This document shows, piece by piece, positions 9,080-20,755 of a stretch of 64,000 nucleotides of DNA (position 1 is the first letter of the stretch; each line of letters opens with the position of its first letter). The notes beneath the pieces were generated by a model that saw only the letters and a program-made list of their open reading frames with translations, did not search any database and had not been told where the DNA came from. This DNA comes from an uncultured delta proteobacterium. Lineage in GTDB: Bacteria > Desulfobacterota > Zymogenia > Zymogenales > Zymogenaceae. Position numbers and translations under genes: made by a program. The stretch covers positions 96,001 to 160,000 of the forward strand of contig CAVTLK010000002.1 in assembly GCA_963735595.1 (NCBI GenBank). Reading direction: 5' to 3'.

Positions 9080-9144
9080 TTTCGGTAGCCGAACAAGCCT
9101 CTATTCGGTACCATGCACTGCAACGCTCGTCATGGGGTAACGAC

Positions 9145-10526
9145 ATGGTAATCCGAATCAAAACAATCAGATGGCCGCTACCGCTGCTTCGCCGGCCTTC
9201 TGTTCCTCTCCCGTTCCGCTTTCCGCCCGGCCCGATGACGGCGGGCAAGCTTCCGCTGGCCTACACGTTGGAGGACTGCATACGGATTGCCGAGCGGCAG
9301 TCTCCGGCGATCATCGCGGCCTCCGCCGAGATGAAGCGGACCAAGGGCCTGATCTGGGAGGTCTGGACGAGCATACTTTCGGTGAACGCGGACGGCACCT
9401 ATACCTACTTCAACACGCCCCCCGGCACGACGTTTCCCGCCGACATCTTTGGTCCCGGCATACCGGCGACCGATGTCTTTATGGGCCTGCCCACCCACGA
9501 GTCCTACAACGTGGGCCTGCAGGGGACGCTGCCGGTCTTCACGGGGGGACGGGTTGTCTCGGGGCTGGCGGTGGCCTATCTTTCGGACGACATCGCCGGT
9601 GAGCAGTACCGAAAGGCGGTAAACGACACGCTCTACAACGTGCGGGTCGCTTTTTATTCGATCCTGCTGGCCCGCGAGGTGGTCACCATCAGGACGGAGG
9701 CCCTGGACCTGTTGACGCGGCACCTGGAGACGACCCGGCTGAAGTACGACGTGGGGGTGGTATCGCGGTTTGACGTATTGCGCTCGGAGGTGGAGGTGGC
9801 CAACGCCCGTCCCCCGCTGATTTCGGCCAGGAAGGACCTGGTCCTGGCCGGGGAGACGCTGAAACGGGTGATGGGGGTGGACGTGAGCGAGCCCTTCGAG
9901 ATAGAGGGTGAGCTGACGTTTGCCGAGGAGGCGGTTGATCTTGACGGGCTGTTGAAGGAGGCCGACGAGGCGAGTCCGGAGCTGATAATCGCCCGCAAGG
10001 CCGAGCGGATCGCGTCGAAGAACGTGAAAATGGCGTTTGGCGAGTTCCTGCCGGTGATTACGGCGTTTGGGCGCTACGAGGGGAACGATCTACGATGAGA
10101 TTTCCTGGGACCAGGACGACTGGGCGTGGGACTGGACGGCGGGCGTGATGGTGTCCATGCCGATCACCGACCTGCTGGTGACGGCCGCCAAGGTCAAGGA
10201 GGCCAGGGCAGAATACACGAAGGCGCGCGTGGGGGCGCTGGACACGGCCAACAAGATAAAGCTCGACATCAAGGGCGCCTACTACGACCTGGTCGAGGCG
10301 CGGGAGATCGTCGATTCCCAGCGTCTGAACATCGAGGCGGCCGAGGAGGCGGTGAAGATCGCCGAGGTGCGCTACGACAACGGTATCAGCACGCTGCTTG
10401 GAGCTGATGGACGCACAGCTTGCCCTCACGTCGGCGCGCCTCAACTGGCTCAACGCCCTGTTCGGATACGAGGAGGCCAAGGCCCGCATCGAAAAGATCG
10501 TCGGCAGAAAAACGCTGGAAAGATAA
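9145..10526 (+). CDS. TolC family outer-membrane efflux protein (apparent frameshifts at about 9190, 10085, 10400)
   Basis: YTLEDCIRIAERQSP, GVVSRFDVLRSEVEVANA, RYDNGISTLLELMDAQ reconstructed across frames. Confidence 0.85.
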
Positions 10527-10572
10527 CGGGCCGACGACCCTCTCGTTCAATTGACCGCAATAGAGAATTCTT

Positions 10573-11240
10573 ATGGGAACAGAGACGGATAGATTGGACA
10601 ACCAGTTAGCCGGGGAATTCGAGCAGTTCGGCCAGACGGAGCGCAAGATCCTGGCGGCCGCCGTTGAGGTGTTTGCCGAAAAGGGTTTCGACGGCGCGCG
10701 CACCGACGAGATCGCGGCCAAGTCCGGCGTCAACAAGGCGATGATCTATTACTACTTCAAGTCGAAGGAGAATCTCTATACCGTCATCGTCGAGACGCTA
10801 TTCGGAAAGGTCTACCTCATCCTCAGCAGCGCATCTCTCCCTCGTCGACGTGAACGCTCCCGAGCAGGGAATCCTCTCATTTATCGACAGCTATGTCGAT
10901 TTCATCTATGCCCATCGCATCTTCGTCAAGGTCATGTTATGGGACCTGGCCCGCGGGGGCGCGATCGTCGTCGAGGGTCGCCGGCAGGGTGATGCGCGAT
11001 AAAACCGGTGCAGGTCAGGGCGTATCTTCGAACAGGCCGCGCGGGAGGGCTACCTCCGTCCCGTCGATCCGAAGCACCTGTTTGTCAGCATTATCGGCAT
11101 GGTCGTCTTTTTCTTCTTCGCCGAGCCCGTTGTCCGCGTCATCTGGGGCGAAGAGCCGATCACGCCCGAGCATATAGCCGAAAGGAAAAAAGAGATCAGC
11201 AGACCTCATTATGCACGGAATTTTGCCGAAACAGGGGTAG
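10573..11240 (+). CDS. TetR/AcrR family regulator (frameshifted)
   Basis: ILAAAVEVFAEKGFDGARTDEIAAKSGVNKAMIYYYFKSKENLY; the C-terminal domain continues in other frames. Confidence 0.88.
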
Positions 11241-11243
11241 GGT

Positions 11244-12045
11244 ATGATTGATAAGAAAAAAATCGTGATCCCGGTTCTCGTTATCGCGGCCGCGGCGGCG
11301 GTCACCGCCTTCCTGCTGCTGCACAACGGCGACGACCCGAACCTGATCACCGGGTCGGGGACGATCGAGGCCACCGAGGTGGACGTGAGCCCGCGCATCT
11401 CGGGCACTATCACGGCCATCCACTTCGACGAGGGTGATTCCGTCAGCGGCCGGGGACCTCCTGGTCGAGATAAAGGCCGAGGAGCTGCTGGCCCAGCGGA
11501 TGGGCGCCGAGGCGGTATTCCTCAACGCGCAGACCAACGTCGGGCGCGTCAGGAGCCTCTTCAGGGCCGGCGGCGTAGCCAGGATGGACCTCGACAACGC
11601 CGAGACCGCCTACCGCAGCGCCAAGGCGCAGCTTGACTACATCGATGCGACGCTGGCAAATTCCACCCTGTCCGCCCCGATAGACGGGGTAGTCCTCGCC
11701 AGGAACCTTGAGGTGGGGGAGGTGGCATTCGCCGGCTCCCCGATCCTGACGCTCGCCGACCTGTCAAAGGTCTGGATCAAGATCTACGTGAATGAGCCGG
11801 TCGTCGGGCTGATCAAGACGGGCGGTGCCGCTGCGGTACGGGTGGACAGCTGGCCGAGCACGGTATTTGAGGGGGTGATCACGTACATCTCAGACGAGCC
11901 GGAGTTTACCCCCAAGACGGTGCAGACAAAAGAGGAGCGCACCAAGCTCGTTTTTGCCGTGAAGATCGAGCTGGAAAATCCCGAGGGCCTGTTGAAACCC
12001 GGCATGCCGGCGGACGCCGAGATCGACGTCGGTACGGAAAGGTAA
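11244..12045 (+). CDS. HlyD/YbhG-like periplasmic adaptor (frameshift at about 11450)
   Basis: [54 protein letters not shown]. Confidence 0.88.
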
Positions 12046-12049
12046 CGCA

Positions 12050-12973
12050 GTGAACGAGGCGGCAATCCAGGCCACGGGCCTGGTCAAGAGATACGGGGCA
12101 GTTTCGGCGGTGGACGGCCTCGACCTGGTCGTCGGGCAGGGCGAGGTCTTCGGCCTGATCGGGCCGGACGGCGCGGGCAAGACCACGACCATGCGGATGC
12201 TGGCGGGGGTGCTTGAGGCCGGACGGCGGGCAGGCCCGCGTCCTCGGCTCGGACGTCATTGCCGAGCCCGAGGCGGTGAAGGGAAAGATCGGCTACATGT
12301 CCCAGCGGTTCGGACTCTACGAGGACCTGACGGTGGCCGAGAATATCGACTTTTACGCCGATCTCTACCTCGTGGACAAGAAGGAGCGGGAGGCCCGGTT
12401 CAGGCGGCTGATGGAGTTCTCCCGCCTGACCCCTTTCCTCGGAAGGCTCGCCGGCAAGCTCTCCGGCGGCATGAAACAGAAGCTGGGGCTGGCGTGCGCC
12501 CTGATCCACACGCCCCGGCTGTTGCTCCTGGACGAACCGACCAACGGAGTAGACCCGGTCTCCCGGCGGGAGTTCTGGAAGATTCTCTATGACCTCCTGT
12601 CCGAGCGCGTCACGATATTCGTATCGACGCCCTACATGGACGAGGCCGACCGCTGCCACCGGGTGGGCATCATGGAAAAGGGAAAGCTCTTGGTATCGGA
12701 CACACCGCGAGGGGATCAGGGGGCGGATGAAGGCGAGGATTATCGAGATCAAGTGCGCAGATCCGAAGCGCGCGGTGGCGCCTCCACAAGACGGCGGGCG
12801 TGGCCGACGTCGTCTTTTTCGGCGACAAGATCCACGTCTCGGTGAAGTCGGACCAGCCCGACGAATCGTCCATCAGGAAGTTGCTTGAAACGAAGGACGC
12901 CGGGCCGCGGTCGGTGAGGGCGATCACGCCGTCGCTCGAAGACGTCTTTTTTGAGCTGTCGGGGAGATCATGA
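12050..12973 (+). CDS. ABC ATP-binding protein, YbhF N-half-like (frameshifted)
   Basis: [44 protein letters not shown]. Confidence 0.88.
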
Positions 12974-14107
12974 AGCTACAGACGAATCCGCGCGGTCACC
13001 AGAAAGGAGTGGAAGCAGATCGTCAGGGATACGAGGAGCCTGATGCTTTCCCTCGGCATCCCGATGCTCCTTATCGTCCTTTTTTCCTGGGCGCTCAAGC
13101 TCGACGTGAGCGATATCAAGACCCTCGTCATCGACCGGGACAAGACCCCCACGAGCCGGGCATACATCGATCGATTCGCCCATATCGAGTATTTCGATAT
13201 CATCGGTTACACCGATAAATACAGCGAGAGCGATCGGGTGTATAGACGCGGGCGAGGTGAAAGCGGCCATCGTCATCCCGAAGGGTTTCGGCGCCGATCT
13301 CAAGGCCGAGCGGGGGGCCGAGGTGCAGCTGATCGCCGACGGGAGCGGACCCGCTGACGGCCCAGGTGCTGGTGGGGTATGTGTCGGCAATTACGCGGTC
13401 TTTTCCCAGGAGCATATCCTCGAGGCGCTGTCCAGGGCGGGCGTTACGCGTCGGGAAGATACCGCTGGACGTCCAAGTCCGGGTCTGGTTCAACCCCGAG
13501 CTTGAGAGCAAGAACTTCATCATCCCGGGATTGATTGCCGTCATCATGATGGTCATCGCCGGCCTCCTCACCTCGCTGACGATCGCCCGGGAGTGGGAAC
13601 GGGGGACGATGGAACAGCTCATCTCCACCCCCGTGACGGTCTCGGAGCTTCTGATCGGAAAGCTCATCCCCTACGTGGAGCTGGGGCTCATCGACTTTGT
13701 CCTGGCTCTGTTGGTGGGAACGCTCATCTTCGGAGTCCCCCTCAAGGGGAGCATACGTTCTTCTCTTCGTGATGACGATCGTCTTCTTGGTCGGGCGCCA
13801 TGTCGCTGGGCCTTCTTATCTCAATTGTCGCCAAGAAACAGGTGCACGCGAGCCAGATGGCGATCCTGATAACGTTTCTGCCTTCGTTTATCATGTCGGG
13901 CTTCGTCTTTCCGATATCCAATATGCCGTTGGTCTTGAAGGCGATCACTTATCTTGTTCCCGGCCCGTTATTTCGTGACGATTCTCAAGGGTATATTCCT
14001 TAAAGGGCGTGGGGGTTTCCATCCTTTGGGCAGAGGGTATTCTCCTGTTGGTCTTTACCGGCGTCATTCTTATGGCGGCGTTGAGAATATTCAAGAAGGA
14101 GCTTTAG
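12970..14107 (+). CDS. ABC-2 permease, YbhS-like (multiple frameshifts)
   Basis: RKEWKQIVRD, VWFNPELESKNFIIPGL, AREWERGTMEQL, SGFVFPISNMP. Confidence 0.85.
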
Positions 14108-14111
14108 CGGT

Positions 14112-15268
14112 ATGTGGGAACGGATCGTTCAAATCTTCAAGAAGGAGATGATACAGATCTTCCGGGATAAACGGATGCGGGCGATGGTGTTTTTACCGCC
14201 GATAGTGCAGCTGGTCGTCTTCGGGTACGCGGCCACCATCGACGTGAAGCATATATCGCTGGCGCTGCTGGACGAGGACAGGACGACCGTCAGCCGGCGA
14301 TTTCGTCGAGAAATTCGAGGCGGGCGAATACTTCACGGTCGCGCGGTATCTGTCGTCTCCCGCCCAGGCCGACGTACTCATGGATAAAGGTGAGGTCGAC
14401 GCCTTTATTTATATCAGGAAAGGGTTTGAACAGGCCATCAAGAAGGGCGACAGCGCCGACGTCCTCATCGTCGTGGACGGCACGAATTCCAACATGGCGT
14501 CGGTGACACTCGGTTACGTCAACAGGATCGTGAACGACTATTCGCGAGGAAATCCTGACCGAAAAGGTCATGCGTCTGGCGTCGCTCCGGCCGGGCTCGT
14601 CGGTCCCCGTCTTGATCGGTCCGACCGGTGACTCTGGTGGAGAGGACGTGGTTCAACGAAGACCTCGAGAGCCGCAACTACTTCGTCCCGGGGATCGTCG
14701 CCCTGCTGCTGACGCTGATTGCCGTCATGATGACATCCATGGCCATCGTCAAGGAGCGCGAGGTGGGGACGATGGAGCAGCTCATCGTTACCCCCATCAG
14801 GCCCATCGAGCTCATCGTCGGATAAGCTGTTACCCTTTGCGGTCATCGGGTATATCGACGTGGCGCTTATCACGGCCATCGGTACCCTCTGGTTCGGCGT
14901 GCCCCTCAAGGGGCAGCATACCGCTCCTCTTTTTCTCGACGGCCTTCTTTCTGTTGCCCGCGCTCGGGGTCGGGCTTTTTATCTCGACGATATCGGCCAC
15001 CCAGCAGGAGGCCATGTTGAGCACGTTTCTCTTCTTCTTCCCGGCGATGCTCATGAGCGGATTCGTCTTTCCGATCGATTCGATGCCCCCGGCCATGCAG
15101 ATCGTCACCTACGTCGACCCCATGCGGTACATGATCCATATCCTGCGCGGGATCTTCCTCAAGGGATTGGGAGTGCGCTATCTGTGGTTTGACTACCTAG
15201 GGCTCCTTGTGCTGGGAGTAATGGTCGTCGGTTTTGCGGCGGTGCGGTTCAGGAAGAGGCTCAAGTGA
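14112..15268 (+). CDS. ABC-2 permease, YbhR-like (multiple frameshifts)
   Basis: KKEMIQIFRD, WFNEDLESRNYFVPG, KEREVGTMEQL, SGFVFPIDSMP. Confidence 0.85.
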
Positions 15269-15382
15269 GAAATCGATGCCCCGGCCGGGGGGATGGCGGG
15301 GTAATGAGGGGGGGACAGGCGCGGATCATCGGCCGGCCGCCTCCGGCATAAATGATAGACAGGCCACAACGAGGCGCACCTG

Positions 15383-16358
15383 ATGGAAGATACGGTTGTC
15401 GTACAGGATCTCACGCGGGTCTTCGGGGATTTCGTTGCCGTGGACCACGTGAGCTTCTCGGTCTCACAGGGCGAGATCTTCGGTTTCTTGGGGCCCAACG
15501 GCGCGGGAAAATCGACCACCATCCGGATGCTCAACGGCATCCTGATGCCCACGTCGGGGCAGGCCCGGGTCCTCGGGTTCGACATCTATACCGAGGTCGA
15601 TCGGATCAAGGAGAACATCGGGTATATGTCCCAGAAGTTCTCCCTCTACGACGACCTGAAGGTTATCGAAAACATCGAGTTCTACGGCGGCATCTACCAG
15701 GTCCCACGGGAAAAGAGACGGCAGCGATACGAGTGGGCCCTGAAAATGGCGGGACTGACCGATAAGCGGGAGACAGATCACCGGGTCGCTGGCGGTGGGA
15801 TGGAAACAGCGGCTTGCCCTCGGGTGCGCCCTGCTGCACGAGCCGAAGCTGCTGTTTCTGGATGAGCCGACCAGCGGCGTCGATCCGAAATCGCGGCGGG
15901 ACTTCTGGGACCTGATCGGCGAGATCGCCGACCGGGGGACCACGGTCTTCGTGACGACCCACTACATGGACGAGGCCGAGCACTGCGACCGGCTCGGCCT
16001 GATCTACCGGGCCAGGCTCATCACCATCGGCACGCCCGAAGAGCTTAAGTTCGGCCTGATGCCGGGCAGCGTCCTGGAGGTGGAGGCCGCCGACGTCGTG
16101 AGGGCGGCCTCGACAGCTAGTCGTCGAAACGTGAACGGGGTGCTGGAAGCGGCGGTCTTCGGGACGAGCCTGCACGTCGTCGTTCGGGAGTACCAAGGGA
16201 AGGGAAAGAGCTCTCGCGGGTCCTGGCCGACGCCGGGGATCGAGGTCTTCTCGATCCGCCCGATCGAGCCGTCGCTCGAGGACGTCTTCGTCTCGCTTAT
16301 CCGCAGCCACGACCTGGCCGACGAAAACGGCGACAACGTTTCCGCCGCTTCCCGATAA
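15383..16358 (+). CDS. ABC ATP-binding protein, YbhF C-half-like (frameshifted)
   Basis: GPNGAGKST, GWKQRLALG, LFLDEPTSGVDP, TTHYMDEAE. Confidence 0.88.
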
Positions 16359-16359
16359 C

Positions 16360-16850
16360 CTACGGTTCCCGGCGGGATTGGGTTGTGCGCCGAGTCCCGG
16401 ACATGAGCGAGGCGCGATTGACGCAATGGGCGCGATTGACGCAATGGGCGCAATTGGCGCAATAGGCGTCGGCCCTGCTGCTTGGCTTCCCGCTCGATGG
16501 GATTTCCCGCGTACCCCCTGACGAGGTGATAAAACGGATACGCGGCGGCCATCCGTACCGGCCCCATCCGGGCCCACTGGATTACGTGGAACAGCTCCTC
16601 GGCCATGACGCGGGGGTCGTGGAGGACCGAGTTCGAATCCGCGGCGGATGTTGACGGTATTGCCGAAGACCACCGCCGAATAGGGAAAGGGGACGACGTA
16701 GGGGAGGATCCCGCCTCGGCGAAAGCGGACGGCGGAAAAGTCCCACTCGAAGAAGGCGCCGATGGAACCGACGAGCGCCTGATCGGCAAGCGGCGAGATA
16801 TCGGCCCCCCACAGGCGCTCTATGATGCACGTGAGGAGGCGGCCCGGCAC
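16360..16850 (-). CDS. DUF4157-like zincin-type protein (frameshifted; 3' end uncertain)
   Basis: Reconstructed DFSAVRFRRGG...AVVFGNTVNI...MAEELFHVIQW...GYAGNPIEREA. Confidence 0.55.
16411..16464. repeat. Tandem 18-bp repeat x3 (9-bp sub-unit)
   Basis: GGCGCGATTGACGCAATG / GGCGCGATTGACGCAATG / GGCGCAATTGGCGCAATA. Confidence 0.85.
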
Positions 16851-17429
16851 TATTGTTGCCTGCCCTCGATGATGGCCAGCACCATGGCGGCGGCCGTCCC
16901 GAGCCGGCGGTCAAGCAGCCTTCCGGCGTCCATCCTGAAGTCGATATCCATCTGATACACGAAGGGATTGAACCGCTGCCTGAAATCGGCCACCCTCATG
17001 TCCCCGATTGACATGTCATAGTCCTGGGGCAGGAGGGAGCCCAGCAGCATGCGCCTGAGCATCGCCCGCCCGACGCTGTCTTCAAACAGCCTTCCGACGA
17101 TCCGGTCGTCCCTATCCAGCACCTCCCACTCGTCGCGCAGGACCGATTTCAGTCCCTTGCGGCGCAGGACGCCGACCTTCGTGCCGTCGGCGGGATCGAC
17201 GACGTCGTAGGCGGACGAAAAATCGATGACCGTGCGCGCCTTGATGAGTGAGGACCTCATTCGTCTTGGCTTCGTCGCCGTAGACGCGAATGTCCTCCTT
17301 GAGGCGAAGGAGCTTCTGTTCGACGAAAAGCACCAGCTCGCCGTGGGGACTAAAGAGGCGGAGTTTGCCGGAGAGCGCGAACACCTGCCGCTTGAGGAAA
17401 TACGAATCGTGTTGAAACGCGGAATGCAT
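16850..17429 (-). CDS. LURP-one/scramblase-like protein (frameshift at about 17258)
   Basis: FVEQKLLRLKEDIRVY; IKARTVIDFSSAYDV; LRRKGLKSVLRDEW; LLDRRLG. Confidence 0.7.
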
Positions 17430-17482
17430 AGGTTCCTCGCTGAAATGAATTAACGATGTGTGCTGCGACTGCGGGAGCTATC

Positions 17483-18697
17483 TTAGTCCACCCGAACCGG
17501 CTCCTGCGGGGCATCGGTCAAGAGCTCCGGCCCCGCAAGTCCGAGGTAGAAGGTATTCTCCACGCCTACGGCGCCGACGTCCGGAAAGACGAACTTCGGC
17601 TCGAGCGCGAAGACGTGGCCCTCCGCAAGCCGCTCGGCCGATCCCCGGGCGATGACCGGGGCCTCGTCCACCTCAAGGCCGATCCCGTGCCCGATATAGG
17701 AGAGCCTCCCCTCCCCGATGCCCATGAAGTTATCCAGGAGGCCGTGACCGTCGGCGATGCGCTCGGCCTCGGCAAAGAGCTCACCTGCGGGTACCCCCGG
17801 GAGGGCGCGGTCGATGACGGCATCCTGGATCTCGAGGGAGGCCTCGTAGGCCCGGCGGGCCTTGGGGGGAAGCTCCTTTCGGTAAAAGAGGCGCGCCCCG
17901 TCGGCCATGTACCCGCCCCATGCCGCCACCATATCGATGAGGACGGGCTCGGCGTCGCCGATGATCTTCGGGGACGCACCCTGGGGAAAGGCCGGAGAAA
18001 GCCCCATCCCCGATACCGGCCCGTCTAGCGACGAGCCGACTGCCCCCGACGGTCCGGATACCACCACGCCGTAGAATAGCTCCTGGCCGAAGGCCCTCAG
18101 GCGGATTTGTCCCTGGTGCCCGAGACCTCTCAGGTGCGCCTCGGCGGCAATGGCAACGTCGATCTCCCGGGCGTTGGGGGAAAAAAAGGAAGGCGCCGCG
18201 GCAAACAGCGAAACGAGCTGGCGCGCCGCGCGCCGTATCAATTGTTTTTCGAGGGGGGTCTTGACGGCCCGGAGCTTCCTGATGATGCCCGAGGCGTCGA
18301 GAAACGTCGTATTAGCGAAGAGCTCCGACAAAAAGAGGTAGTTTTTGGCCGGCAAAACGTCCATCTCCAGCCCGATGGACGCCAGGTCGTGAAATCCCTC
18401 ACGGGATAGCTGTTCCGGGAGGTTACGCAGCCCTTTCAGCGGCCGGATGACCGGAAATTTAGACTCGGCGGCGGCACGCCGCGCGTCCTTGATCACGAAC
18501 AGGACGCCCGGAGAACCTTCCGGCGCCGCCGGGATAAAGAGAGCCCCCCGCTGGGCCGTGCCGGTGAAATAGTAGATGTCGACGTGCTGCAGGATCAAAA
18601 GACCCGAGAGCCCCGCCGCGCGCGCGGCGTCGGCCGCCGCGGCGACGCGGCCCGTGATCTCGCCGGACGGAAATCCACTAAAACGCTCCAGCCTCAC
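17483..18697 (-). CDS. M24 Xaa-Pro aminopeptidase family protein
   Basis: LRAVKT, IDMV...GYMADGAR, IGHGIGLEVDEAP, ALEPK, GVENT; GTG 18697 overlaps the rluB stop. Confidence 0.88.
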   Translation of the reverse strand: MRLERFSGFPSGEITGRVAAAADAARAAGLSGLLILQHVDIYYFTGTAQRGALFIPAAPEGSPGVLFVIKDARRAAAESKFPVIRPLKGLRNLPEQLSREGFHDLASIGLEMDVLPAKNYLFLSELFANTTFLDASGIIRKLRAVKTPLEKQLIRRAARQLVSLFAAAPSFFSPNAREIDVAIAAEAHLRGLGHQGQIRLRAFGQELFYGVVVSGPSGAVGSSLDGPVSGMGLSPAFPQGASPKIIGDAEPVLIDMVAAWGGYMADGARLFYRKELPPKARRAYEASLEIQDAVIDRALPGVPAGELFAEAERIADGHGLLDNFMGIGEGRLSYIGHGIGLEVDEAPVIARGSAERLAEGHVFALEPKFVFPDVGAVGVENTFYLGLAGPELLTDAPQEPVRVD

Positions 18698-19428
18698 GGC
18701 TCCTCCATGCCAAGCGCCGAAAAGAGGAGCTTGCACTCACGGGCGGTAAGCTTTCTCAATTCGCCCGGAGCCAGCCCCTCCAGCTTGAGCGGCCCGATGG
18801 CGATCCTCCTGATCTTCAGGACGCGCTTGCCGAACAACCCGAACATCTTCTTGATCTGGCGGTTCCTGCCCTCGGAAAGCGTTATCTCATACCAGGCGTT
18901 ACTCGGCCTGACCTCGAGGGGGAAAATCTTTGCCGGGAGGGTCCTTTTGCCGTCGATGGATACGCCGCCGGCGAACCGCGCGAGCTCTCGCTCGGAGAGG
19001 GCCCCCGCGACCTTAACCTGGTAGGTCTTGGGGACTTTGGACCGCGGGTGCATCGCGAGGTCGGCGATCCGGCCGTCGTTGGTCAACAGCATCAGCCCGT
19101 CGGCATCGTAATCGAGGCGGCCGGCCGGAAACACCCTGATTGACAAGGTCTTCGTAAAGTCTGAAATCGACGACCTGTTCTGCGGGTCGTCCATGGTGGA
19201 GACGACGCCCTTCGGCTTGAAGAAGAGGTAGTAGTGTTTTTTCTTCGGGCCGCCGACCGGCTCACCGTCAACCATTATCCGGTTGGTGCGCGGGTCAACC
19301 ATGGTCCCAAGCTCGGTCACAACAAGGCCGTCGACCATCACCCGGCCCCGACGTATGAACTCATCGGCCTCTCGAACGGAAGCCAGGCCGTCCTGGGATA
19401 TAACGCGGTTAAGTCTGATTTTTGTCAT
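18694..19428 (-). CDS. rluB: rRNA pseudouridine synthase (RluB/RsuA family)
   Basis: S4 domain, GRLD catalytic motif, EGRNRQIK; scpA-scpB-rluB context. Confidence 0.88.
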   Translation of the reverse strand: MTKIRLNRVISQDGLASVREADEFIRRGRVMVDGLVVTELGTMVDPRTNRIMVDGEPVGGPKKKHYYLFFKPKGVVSTMDDPQNRSSISDFTKTLSIRVFPAGRLDYDADGLMLLTNDGRIADLAMHPRSKVPKTYQVKVAGALSERELARFAGGVSIDGKRTLPAKIFPLEVRPSNAWYEITLSEGRNRQIKKMFGLFGKRVLKIRRIAIGPLKLEGLAPGELRKLTARECKLLFSALGMEEP

Positions 19429-19994
19429 CGGTAGAGAAGAGCGTTTTCTGCTCCTCTATATCTCCTTCTTTAAATAGGGCCCCCATCTCCCGTATCGTCG
19501 GCAGCGACTTGAGGTCCTTGAGACCGAAGGTTTCGAGGAACTCTTTAGTGGTCCCGTACAGGAGGGGCTTTCCGGGGACGTCCTTCTTTCCGAGTATACG
19601 GATGAGGCTTCTCTCAAGCAGGATCTTAACGACGCCGCCCGAGTCCACCCCCCTGATCCTCTCGATGTCGGAGCGAACCAGGGGCTGCCGGTAAGCAATG
19701 ATCGCGAGGGTTTCAAGGGCTGCCCGGGAGAGCCTCTTGGGCTTATCCTCAAGCATCAGCTTTATATATTCCGAGAACTCCGAGCGGGTGCGGAACTGGA
19801 AGCCACCCGCGACCTCGGCGACGAATATCCCGCCGCTTGACTCATCGTAGATCTTCCTGAGGTCGGTGAGCGCCCCCTTGATTTCCCGGGGTGCGAGGTC
19901 CGGGACGATACGCCTGTATCTCATCCTCGGTGAGGGGCTTCTCGGAGGCGAAGATCAACGCCTCGATGATTCCAATGAGTTTCTCTTTTTCCAC
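19409..19994 (-). CDS. scpB: SMC-Scp complex subunit ScpB (frameshift at about 19915)
   Basis: IIEALIFASEKPL; LSRAALETLAIIAYRQP; IRGVDS; LLYGTTKEFLETFGL. Confidence 0.92.
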
Positions 19995-19998
19995 GGCG

Positions 19999-20742
19999 TC
20001 AGGCGTCCTCTCTCACCGCCCTGAAGAGGCGGATTGTCCCGAAGGGCTGTGCCTGGTAGATGCGCACGATACGGGACTTTATCAATTCCAGCAGTGCCAG
20101 GAAGGTGACGACGATCGTCATACGCGAGGGTTCCCCGACGAAGAGCTCTTCGAATACCATCTCCCCCCGCTCGGTTATCAGCTGGGAGAGCTCGACCATC
20201 TTTTCCTGAATCGTCAGCTCTCCCACGCTTATCTGGTGGATCGTCTCTTTGGGCGCGGCCAACAATACCTTTTGCAGTGCGGCCACCAGCCCGAAGAGGG
20301 TGAGGTCGGCGAGCTTTTCGTCCTCGACCTCCAGCACCATCTTTCCGCCGCGGAGGAACACGTCTCTCAGCAGGATGTCGAACTCGTCCAGCTGACGGGC
20401 GGCGTCCTTGAACCGCTCATATTCGGCCAGTTTGAGCGCAAGCTCCATCCTCGGGTCGAGCTCCTCTTCCTCCTGATCCTCGGTTCGATCCGGGGGCAGC
20501 AGCATCTTGGACTTGATGTGGGCAAGCGTTGCCGCCATCACGAGGTACTCCCCGGCAACATCGAGGTTGAGCACTTTCATGATCTCGATATGGTCCATAT
20601 ATTGCCGGGTAATCTCGGCGATCGGGATGTCGAAGATATCATACTCATTTTTCTTGACCAGATACAACAGGAGATCCAGCGGCCCCTCAAAGATCGGAAG
20701 CCGCACCCGATACATGCCCTCATCGGCGATGAACTCATCCAT
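19999..20742 (-). CDS. scpA: Segregation/condensation protein A
   Basis: FEGPLDLLLYLV; EYLVMAATLAHIKSKMLLP; VTFLALLELIK. Confidence 0.95.
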   Translation of the reverse strand: MDEFIADEGMYRVRLPIFEGPLDLLLYLVKKNEYDIFDIPIAEITRQYMDHIEIMKVLNLDVAGEYLVMAATLAHIKSKMLLPPDRTEDQEEEELDPRMELALKLAEYERFKDAARQLDEFDILLRDVFLRGGKMVLEVEDEKLADLTLFGLVAALQKVLLAAPKETIHQISVGELTIQEKMVELSQLITERGEMVFEELFVGEPSRMTIVVTFLALLELIKSRIVRIYQAQPFGTIRLFRAVREDA

Positions 20743-20755
20743 TGAACGGTTTCCC

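Noticed and set aside
9145..16358. Programmed frameshifting or phase variation in the efflux operon
   Set aside because: Breaks are too numerous, are mostly not at slippery or homopolymer tracts, and extend into unrelated genes such as scpB
15663..16850. 395-aa ORF with a PIAPIA repeat
   Set aside because: Chimeric frame created by a frameshift; runs antisense through the ABC ATPase
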